A stretch of DNA of 64,000 bases. It comes from Nitrospirota bacterium (GTDB taxonomy: Bacteria > Nitrospirota > Thermodesulfovibrionia > Thermodesulfovibrionales > Dissulfurispiraceae). The translations under genes were made by a program, and so were the position numbers. Below, piece after piece: positions 56,880-64,000 of this stretch (positions are counted from its first letter, which is position 1; each line of letters starts with the position of its first letter). Under the pieces are notes generated by a model. It worked only from the letters and a program-made list of their open reading frames with translations, had not been told where the DNA came from and made no database searches. Location of the stretch: the NCBI GenBank assembly GCA_040754455.1, contig JBFMCP010000013.1, forward strand, positions 1 to 64,000. The letters run 5' to 3'.

Positions 56880-57422
56880 ATGGGCTTAGCAGAGCATTTA
56901 TCAGGAAGAAAAAAAGCGGTAGTAAAACGCTGGTTTGACATTGCAGTAGCAACATATCCTGCCGAAACACAGGCTTTTTTTACGACACAAAAGGATCAGT
57001 TCGCCAATCCGGTGGGGTATACCTTTTCCCAGGGTCTTGAAGCCATCTTTGACGAGCTGCTCGGCACCACCGACTTTGACAAGATTACTCCCTTCCTCGA
57101 TGACCTCATGCGTATTCGTGCACTGCAGGACACGCCTCCTTCACAGGCGGTCGCTTTTATTTTCGACCTGAAGGGCGTTGTGCGGGCGGAGCTGAGGCAG
57201 GCGAAGACCGACCTTCGCTCCCTCGATGAAGAGTTTGAATCGCTCGAAGCAAAGATCGATTATATCGCCCTCCTGGCGTTTGATGGTTACATGAAGTGCC
57301 GCGAAAAGATTTACGATATCAAGGCGACCGAATTCAGGAATATGACGTCGAAGCTTGTCGAGCGTGCGAACGCTCTCTTCGAGCGGCACTATAGAGAAGC
57401 TGGTGACAAGGAAAAAGAGTAA
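56880..57422 (+). CDS. dsrT: DsrT (RsbRD N-terminal-like)
   Basis: TYP, KDQFANPVG, RIRALQD..PSQAVAF, AFD.YM.CRE; immediately upstream of dsrM. Confidence 0.9.
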   Translation: MGLAEHLSGRKKAVVKRWFDIAVATYPAETQAFFTTQKDQFANPVGYTFSQGLEAIFDELLGTTDFDKITPFLDDLMRIRALQDTPPSQAVAFIFDLKGVVRAELRQAKTDLRSLDEEFESLEAKIDYIALLAFDGYMKCREKIYDIKATEFRNMTSKLVERANALFERHYREAGDKEKE

Positions 57423-57451
57423 CGGTATAAACCATAGAAAGAGGTGATTAA

Positions 57452-58444
57452 ATGAGAATTTTGTTTCCACTCGTTGCGGTAGTAGTGCTCATCGTAATCG
57501 GAGTGCTGGGCGTAGGCGGGGCGCACCTGAATGTCTTTTTCGGAGTGATCATTCCCTATGCCGCTCTCATTACGTTCCTCGCGGGTGTTGTGTACCGTGT
57601 CGTTACGTGGGCCCGTTCGCCTCAGCCCTTCTGTATACCGACGACGGCCGGGCAGCAAAAGTCACTCCCGTGGATCAAACAAGACAAGCTCGAAAACCCT
57701 TCGAGTACCATGCACGTGATCGGCAGAATGTTTCTCGAAGTCTTCTTCTTCAGGTCGCTGTTCAGGAACCTGAAGACCGAGATGACCTCCGACAACAAGG
57801 TTGTCTACGGCTCCGCAAAATGGCTATGGCTCGCCGGACTGGCATTCCATTATTCCTTTCTCGTTGTCCTGCTCAGGCATATCCGGTTTTTCGCCCAGCC
57901 TGCACCGTTTTTCCTCCCGGTGCTTGAGGCACTGGACGGTTTCCTGCAGATCGGGGTACCCCGGCTTTTTCTGACCGGTGTCGTGCTGCTGGCAGCAGTG
58001 ACCTATCTTCTCCTTCGACGACTTTATATCCCTCAGGTACGATATATCTCCCTTGCCGCCGATTATTTCCCCCTCTTTCTGATCATGGCGATTGCGTCAA
58101 CAGGCATCCTGATGCGGTATTTCCTCAAGACCGATGTCGTCGGCATTAAGACGCTAACCATGGGACTGGTGACCTTCCACCCTGTTATCCCTGAAGGAGT
58201 GGGCACGATCTTTTATGTGCATCTGCTGCTGGTGAGCGTGTTGTTTGCTTACTTCCCCTTCAGCAAGCTGGTGCACATGGGCGGCGTCTTCCTCAGCCCC
58301 ACCAGGAACCTCCAGGCAAACAGCCGCGAGTTCCGGTATGTCAATCCCTGGAACTATCCTGTCCACGTTCATACCTATGAAGAGTACGAAAATGATTTCA
58401 GGGATAAAATGAAAATGGCCGAAATACCGGTAGAAAAGGAGTAA
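57452..58444 (+). CDS. dsrM: DsrMKJOP complex cytochrome b subunit
   Basis: PF.IPTT.GQQKSL, FFRSLFRN, AFHY...RH.R, YFPFSKL.H, SPTRN. Confidence 0.96.
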   Translation: MRILFPLVAVVVLIVIGVLGVGGAHLNVFFGVIIPYAALITFLAGVVYRVVTWARSPQPFCIPTTAGQQKSLPWIKQDKLENPSSTMHVIGRMFLEVFFFRSLFRNLKTEMTSDNKVVYGSAKWLWLAGLAFHYSFLVVLLRHIRFFAQPAPFFLPVLEALDGFLQIGVPRLFLTGVVLLAAVTYLLLRRLYIPQVRYISLAADYFPLFLIMAIASTGILMRYFLKTDVVGIKTLTMGLVTFHPVIPEGVGTIFYVHLLLVSVLFAYFPFSKLVHMGGVFLSPTRNLQANSREFRYVNPWNYPVHVHTYEEYENDFRDKMKMAEIPVEKE

Positions 58445-58446
58445 CT

Positions 58447-60060
58447 ATGGCAAAGTTTACTGCTAAACCTGCTGACCTTTCAAAAATCAATTTCAAACCG
58501 CCCAAGACGGATTGGATGAATACTCCTGTCACTATCAGGGAGCATATGTTTTGTCATCCTGCCAAGGCAAAGGATCTTGAGACGGTCGGATTCCCGAATA
58601 TCCACGAGTGGAAGCCTACGGATGCAGACTGGAAACTGCCCGAAGGCTGGAAAGAGACGGTGCTGAACGGCATCAAGGAGAGGCTCGAAAGGTTCCGCTC
58701 TTTCCATGTGTTCATGGATATCTGTGTCCGCTGCGGTGCCTGCGCCGATAAATGCCATTTTTATATCGGTACCGGCGATCCCAAGAACATGCCGGTGCTC
58801 AGGGCGGAGCTGCTGAGGTCGATCTATAGAAAATACTTCACCCCTTCGGGCAAAATCTTCGGCAAGGCCGCGGGAGCACGCGAACTGACCGAAGATGTGA
58901 TCAAGGAGCTCTGGTATTACTATTACCAATGCACCGAATGCCGACGCTGCTCTCTTTTTTGCCCCTACGGCATCGACCAGGCGGAGATCACCATTATCGG
59001 TCGCGAGTTGCTGAACCTCCTCGGCCTGCAACTCGGCTGGATCGGCGGGCCGGTCGCTGCCTGCTATATGAAGGGCAACCACCTCGGTCTTGAGCCGCAT
59101 ACCGTCAAGAGCAACATCGACTTCATGATCGACGATATAGAGACCATTACCGGCATCAGGGTCAATCCCACCTATAACCGGAAGGGTGCCGAGATCCTCT
59201 TCGTTACTCCTTCGGGAGACCTCTTCGGCGTTCCCGGCATCTACACCGCCATGGGATACCTCATGCTCTTCCACGAGCTCGGTCTCGACTATACCTGGAG
59301 CACCTATGCCTCAGAAGGCGGCAACTTCGGGTTCTTCACCTCGATGGAAATGGCGAAACGGCTTAACTCCAAGATCTACGCCGAGGCGAAGCGCCTGGGC
59401 GTCAAGTATATCATCGGCGGCGAGTGTGGCCATATGTGGCGTGTGATGCACCAGTACATGGATACCTGGAACGGCCCGGCGGATTTCATGGAGACCCCGA
59501 AATCGCCGATCACCGGGACGGTGTTCGAGAATGCAAAATCCACGAAGATGATCCATGTGGTCGAGTTTACCGCTGACCTGATCAGGAACGGCAAGCTGAA
59601 GCTCGATCCGAGGCGGAACGACCACCTCATAACGACGTTCCATGACTCCTGCAACACGTCCCGAGGCATGGGCTTCTTTGAAGAGCCCCGTTACGTCCTC
59701 AAGAGCGTCTGCAGGAACTTCCACGAAATGCCTGAAAACACGATCAGGGAGAAGACCTTCTGCTGCGGCAGCGGATCGGGCCTGAACGCATCGGAGAATA
59801 TGGAACTCAGGATGAGGGGAGGCTTCCCCAGGGCGAACGCCGTCCGCCATGTGCGCGACAAATACGGCGTGAACATGCTTGCCAACATCTGTGCGATCGA
59901 CCGGGCCTCTCTGCCGCCGCTCATGGACTACTGGGTTCCCGGCGTACAGGTTGCCGGCCTGCATGAGCTGGTCGCCAACGCGCTCGTGATGAAGGGCGAG
60001 AAGGAGCGGACCACCGACCTGCGCGGCGACGATCTCCCGGAGAAGGAGGGAAATGAGTAA
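58447..60060 (+). CDS. dsrK: DsrMKJOP complex Fe-S subunit (HdrD-like)
   Basis: CVRCGACADKCH, CTECRRC..FCP, GECGH, HDSC, CCG. Confidence 0.97.
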   Translation: MAKFTAKPADLSKINFKPPKTDWMNTPVTIREHMFCHPAKAKDLETVGFPNIHEWKPTDADWKLPEGWKETVLNGIKERLERFRSFHVFMDICVRCGACADKCHFYIGTGDPKNMPVLRAELLRSIYRKYFTPSGKIFGKAAGARELTEDVIKELWYYYYQCTECRRCSLFCPYGIDQAEITIIGRELLNLLGLQLGWIGGPVAACYMKGNHLGLEPHTVKSNIDFMIDDIETITGIRVNPTYNRKGAEILFVTPSGDLFGVPGIYTAMGYLMLFHELGLDYTWSTYASEGGNFGFFTSMEMAKRLNSKIYAEAKRLGVKYIIGGECGHMWRVMHQYMDTWNGPADFMETPKSPITGTVFENAKSTKMIHVVEFTADLIRNGKLKLDPRRNDHLITTFHDSCNTSRGMGFFEEPRYVLKSVCRNFHEMPENTIREKTFCCGSGSGLNASENMELRMRGGFPRANAVRHVRDKYGVNMLANICAIDRASLPPLMDYWVPGVQVAGLHELVANALVMKGEKERTTDLRGDDLPEKEGNE

Positions 60061-60479
60061 TGTATAACAGCGGAAAAATCATCGTTGGGATCATCATCTT
60101 TCTGCTTTTTGCCACATTCCCTTTTTACAACAGCATCGGCAAGGCCACTGCCAAGCCGGAGCCCAAGATCGATACGCCGGCTATTAAAGAAGCGCAGGCA
60201 AAACTGGGCAAGAAGGATGTGTGCGTCGAGCCGAAGGAGTTCATGAAGGCCGAGCATATGCAGCTCCTCAATGACTGGAGAGACGCGGCACTCAGAGAGG
60301 GAAACCGGCTGTACAGGGCATCCGACGGGAGGACCCATGATATCAATCTCCAGAACACCTGCATGAACTGTCACTCCAACAAAAAGAAGTTCTGCGATGA
60401 GTGCCACAACTATGCGGCAGTGAAACCGTACTGCTGGACCTGCCACATAGAGCCGAAGGAGGAGAGGACGAATGAGTAA
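60060..60479 (+). CDS. dsrJ: DsrMKJOP complex triheme cytochrome c
   Basis: CVE..M..HM.LL..WRD, CMNCH, CDECH, CWTCH. Confidence 0.96.
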   Translation: MYNSGKIIVGIIIFLLFATFPFYNSIGKATAKPEPKIDTPAIKEAQAKLGKKDVCVEPKEFMKAEHMQLLNDWRDAALREGNRLYRASDGRTHDINLQNTCMNCHSNKKKFCDECHNYAAVKPYCWTCHIEPKEERTNE

Positions 60480-61275
60480 TATTGACAGAAGACAATTCCT
60501 TAAGATAATGGGTGTATCAACGATCTTTGGCATGGGCATGGCATCCACGAACACTTTTCTCGAAAAACTCGAGGCGTCTACTTTCGACAAAACCCCCGGC
60601 AGATTGGCTGCGAAGCGGTGGGGAATGTATATCGACATGGATAAAATCAGTGAAGCGGACATCCCGCGAATCGTCGGCGCCTGCCACCGTGCCCATAACG
60701 TCCCCGCTCACGGGAACCCGAAGCATGAGGTCAAATGGATATGGGCGGAGGAGTTCAAGCACGCCTTCCCCGAACAGGAAGGTGAATTCCTTTCAGAAAA
60801 GTATGAGCACCAGAAGATCCTTGTGCTCTGCAACCACTGCGAGAAGCCGGCATGCACCAGGGTCTGTCCGACCAAGGCGACCTACAAACGGAAAGAGGAC
60901 GGCCTTGTGCTGATGGATTACCACCGCTGCATCGGCTGCAGGTTCTGCATGGCCGCATGTCCCTATGGCGCGCGGAGCTTCAACTACACCAACCCGAGGG
61001 CCGCGCTCAACAAGAATGAGATTAATCCCAAGTTCCCGACCCGTATGATCGGTGTCGTGGAAAAGTGCACGTTCTGTTCCGAACGGCTCGATAAAGGGCT
61101 GAAACCGGCGTGTGTCGAGGCCTCCAACGGCGGCATGGTCTTCGGCGACCTGAACGACCCTCATTCGGAGCTCAGGAAATTACTCAGGGAGCAGTTCACC
61201 ATGCGGCGGAAACCGGAGCTCGGGACTAATCCCGGCTTGTACTACAAAATAGGAGGTGCTCAGCATGCTGGATAA
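60472..61275 (+). CDS. dsrO: DsrMKJOP complex periplasmic Fe-S protein
   Basis: Tat signal RRQFLK; CNHC..PAC..VCP, CIGCRFC..ACP, KCTFC. Confidence 0.95.
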   Translation: MSNIDRRQFLKIMGVSTIFGMGMASTNTFLEKLEASTFDKTPGRLAAKRWGMYIDMDKISEADIPRIVGACHRAHNVPAHGNPKHEVKWIWAEEFKHAFPEQEGEFLSEKYEHQKILVLCNHCEKPACTRVCPTKATYKRKEDGLVLMDYHRCIGCRFCMAACPYGARSFNYTNPRAALNKNEINPKFPTRMIGVVEKCTFCSERLDKGLKPACVEASNGGMVFGDLNDPHSELRKLLREQFTMRRKPELGTNPGLYYKIGGAQHAG

Positions 61276-62422
61276 AGCGTTATCAGGGGGCATAAGATAC
61301 TGGTTGTGGCTGGGCTTTCTGGCCTTCCTTGCCGGTATCGGAACCATTGCCTATCTCTTTCAATTTAATATGGGGTTGGGGATAACGGGGCTGAGCAGGG
61401 ATGTATCGTGGGGCCTCTACATCGGACAGTTCACGTTCCTCGTCGGTGTGGCTGCGTCCGCCGTCATGCTCGTCATTCCCTACTACCTGCACAACTATAA
61501 AAAATACAGCAAGATCGTCATTCTCGGCGAGTTCCTGGCGATCTCTGCGGTCACGATGTGTATCCTCTTCATTTTCGTTGACATGGGACAGCCGATGAGA
61601 ATCTCGAATGTCATCCTGCACCCTACGCCGAATTCGATTATGTTCTGGGACAGCGTGGTGCTCATGGGCTACCTGACGCTGAACCTCGTCATCGGATGGA
61701 CGACGCTGCATGCCGATAAGAAAGGCGTCAAGCCGCCGCAGTGGGTGAAGCCGCTCATCTACCTTTCGGTACCCTGGGCAGTCAGCATCCATACTGTTAC
61801 GGCGTTCCTCTATGCGGGTCTGCCGGGCAGGCATTTCTGGCTCAGCGCCATCATGGCAGCCCGATTCCTTGCATCGGCATTCGCCGGTGGTCCGGCGCTC
61901 CTCATTATCCTGGCGCTTATTGTCAGAAGGGTGAGCAAATTCGATCCCGGAGACGACGCGATCAAATCACTCTCCAAGACTGTTACCTATGCGATGTTCG
62001 CCAATGTCTTCTTCCTTGGCCTCGAAATCTTCACCGCGACCTACAGCGGGATACCGGGACATGCGCATCCCTTCAAGTACCTCTACTTCGGGCTTGAGGG
62101 CCACACTACACTGGTTACGCTGATGTGGACGTCGGGCATCCTCGCATTGATATCACTCGTGCTCCTGATCATCCCGCAGCTACGGAACAATTTCAACATT
62201 CTCGTCATGGCATGCGTTGCGCTCTTCATATCGCTCTGGATCGACAAAGGCTTCGGCCTGGTCATCGGCGGATTCGTTCCCAATCCTTTCGAGACGGTAA
62301 CAGAATATTGGCCGACCTTCCCCGAGACCCTGATCACCATCGGCGTCTGGGCGATCGGCCTGATCGTGCTCACGGTACTGTATAAGATTGCGGTTTCAGT
62401 GCGAGAGGAAGAGATCGTGTAG
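61265..62422 (+). CDS. dsrP: DsrMKJOP complex NrfD-like membrane subunit
   Basis: SRDVSWGLYI.QFTF.VGVAA, D.G.P, IHTVTAF, RFLASAF. Confidence 0.96.
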   Translation: MLDKALSGGIRYWLWLGFLAFLAGIGTIAYLFQFNMGLGITGLSRDVSWGLYIGQFTFLVGVAASAVMLVIPYYLHNYKKYSKIVILGEFLAISAVTMCILFIFVDMGQPMRISNVILHPTPNSIMFWDSVVLMGYLTLNLVIGWTTLHADKKGVKPPQWVKPLIYLSVPWAVSIHTVTAFLYAGLPGRHFWLSAIMAARFLASAFAGGPALLIILALIVRRVSKFDPGDDAIKSLSKTVTYAMFANVFFLGLEIFTATYSGIPGHAHPFKYLYFGLEGHTTLVTLMWTSGILALISLVLLIIPQLRNNFNILVMACVALFISLWIDKGFGLVIGGFVPNPFETVTEYWPTFPETLITIGVWAIGLIVLTVLYKIAVSVREEEIV

Positions 62423-62453
62423 CAGCAGACAATAGATTACAGACTCAAATGAC

Positions 62454-62487
62454 AAAGGGCTCATCCCTCCGGGGATGGGCTCTTTTT
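62454..62487. terminator. Bidirectional terminator after dsrP
   Basis: AAAGGGCTCATCCC / GGGATGGGCTCTTT hairpin between convergent genes. Confidence 0.75.
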
Positions 62488-63214
62488 ATTGTCTGTAAGA
62501 GATAAATGTCATATTGCCCTTGATGCTGTACGTTACAGGTATGCCAAGTGCATCAAAGGCTGCGAAGAGCTGGCGTGCGCTTCTGGGAAACAATTCGCCG
62601 GCCCTGCCCAACATGCGGAGATAGGTGTCGGCGAGCCTGTCGTTCTCTATCATGGTAGTAAGAGAAATAGTTCCCCTGTCCGCCACTACTTTTTTCAGCT
62701 CACGTAATACCTTTGTAACATCTTCAAGAACATGCAGCAAGTTCAATGAAATGACTGTGCTGAAGCTAGCGGTCTTGAATGGTAAATGAAGGGCATCTCC
62801 GTGCAGGAAGATCATGTTGGCAGGAACATCTCCGTTTAGTTGCATCATCCTTGATTTAGCAAGCCTCAGCAACTTGAGAGATTGATCCAGGCACACAATG
62901 GGACGCTCGGAATAGGCGGCGTATGTTTTCGCAGTGAAGGCCAAAGACCCGCATCCAGCGTCCAATACCCATCCGTATGATGAAGATTCCAGTGCATCGA
63001 GACAGAAGGAATGATAGTCAGAGGTCTTATATCCCAACACAAAGCGATTGTAGAAACGGTTGCACGCCACCAGGTCGTAGATGGTCCCGAACGTTGTGTC
63101 GTAAGAGTTGGTGTTCTCACCACCGGGCTGATAAAGTGAGTAGATGTGCGGTTCGATTAACCTGATGCCCGCATCATTATGAAGCACTTCAGATAATCTT
63201 TTTTCATCAATCAT
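62486..63214 (-). CDS. Class I SAM-dependent methyltransferase
   Basis: VLDAGCGS, LDQS, GDALHLPF. Confidence 0.88.
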   Translation of the reverse strand: MIDEKRLSEVLHNDAGIRLIEPHIYSLYQPGGENTNSYDTTFGTIYDLVACNRFYNRFVLGYKTSDYHSFCLDALESSSYGWVLDAGCGSLAFTAKTYAAYSERPIVCLDQSLKLLRLAKSRMMQLNGDVPANMIFLHGDALHLPFKTASFSTVISLNLLHVLEDVTKVLRELKKVVADRGTISLTTMIENDRLADTYLRMLGRAGELFPRSARQLFAAFDALGIPVTYSIKGNMTFISYRQ

Positions 63215-63223
63215 GAGATCCTA

Positions 63224-64000
63224 TTATGAATCGACCGTATAATCTCGATCCAATGTGTTCAACCGCTCCATGAGATAGCCGTAGGTCCTGAAAAGCGACG
63301 GTATTTCCCGTAGGGGATATTTGCGCATGAGTTTGATCTGATTCCTCAGGGACCTCGAACGTTTGTACAGTAGAGCCAGCTCTCTGTAAAAATCTTTCAC
63401 CGGCAGTGTTGTCGGCAGGAGCGTATGAAAGAAGTCGAAATAGTCGTAATTGGATGTGAGAAGCCCGTCCTTAACGTCATTATAAAGGTCGGTTCCCGGA
63501 AGAGGGGTCAGAACTGAAAAGCCGATAAAATCGAAATCCAGCCCGAGGCAGTAGTTCCGTACATCCGCAAAGTCCCTCTTGTCGAACTCAGGCCTGACGA
63601 TAAACATGGGGAAGATATCGATCTCGAGGCCCTTGAGGACCTGCACAGCCCTTGTATTATTCTCGACGGTGGAACCCTTGCGAATCAATTTCAGATCAGC
63701 ATCCCGAATGGCCTCAAGCCCTACAAAAACGCGCTCCAGGCCTATCTCCTTCCACTGCTCGACCAGTTCCGGATGCCGTGCAATAGTATCGCTTCGCCCA
63801 TAAAGGAAATAGCGCTTTCTGATTCCTGACCGCTTGATAAGATCTGCAAGCGCTCTCATGCGTTCCGTATCAAGCAGGGATTCATCGTCGGAAAAAAAGA
63901 TATAGTTCTCCTTAATAGTGCCCAGCTCTTCAACAATACGTTCCGGCTTCCTTGTAAAGTAACGTCCTCCCGTTAATTTCCAGAGTGCACAGAACCGGCA
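63224..64000 (-). CDS. Radical SAM protein, probably B12-binding class; 5' end lies beyond the window
   Basis: Frame is open to the window edge, starting CRFCALW; FSDDE, VFVGLE, LTPLPGT. Confidence 0.82.
   Translation of the reverse strand, partial: CRFCALWKLTGGRYFTRKPERIVEELGTIKENYIFFSDDESLLDTERMRALADLIKRSGIRKRYFLYGRSDTIARHPELVEQWKEIGLERVFVGLEAIRDADLKLIRKGSTVENNTRAVQVLKGLEIDIFPMFIVRPEFDKRDFADVRNYCLGLDFDFIGFSVLTPLPGTDLYNDVKDGLLTSNYDYFDFFHTLLPTTLPVKDFYRELALLYKRSRSLRNQIKLMRKYPLREIPSLFRTYGYLMERLNTLDRDYTVDS

Noticed and set aside
1..64000. CRISPR array, tRNA, rRNA, transposase or integrase
   Set aside because: No regularly spaced repeat-spacer units, cloverleaf/rRNA-like segments or recombinase motifs seen by eye; a covariance-model scan would be needed to exclude small RNAs

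Overview
Chromosomal window from a bacterium that, by gene content and order, resembles a Thermodesulfovibrionia-like Nitrospirota (inference). It holds about 60 CDS. These include pilT/pilB, an acyl-CoA/acetate cluster, the kdsA-kdsD-kdsC-pgsA-plsY-queC envelope operon, a Tat-exported DUF362/polyferredoxin module, comM, a glycolytic operon (aldolase, pgk, two PFKs), two tandem multicopper oxidases behind a sigma-54 promoter, lptFG, hemB, rpsU, smc and a complete reductive-type cluster dsrAB-D-N-(HEAT orf)-C-T-MKJOP. I saw no tRNA, rRNA, CRISPR array, transposase or integrase. The most unusual signals are at the DNA level. (1) A complete solitary integron gene cassette (44005-44627) with a self-complementary attC and a nuclease-like cargo, but no integrase in the window. 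(2) Two short repeat elements (31-nt heptamer-periodic and 36-nt palindromic), each inserted in-frame in both queC and dsrN and read as different peptides. (3) A family of heptamer-based inverted-repeat hairpins at gene junctions inside operons. At the protein level: a PilT with altered catalytic motifs, a Pfp-like PFK with a GGEG motif, an uncharacterised Cys-rich/HEAT gene inside the dsr cluster, a uORF overlapping dsrT and an unannotated 51-aa membrane protein. All calls come from motif recognition by eye; no database searches were run.
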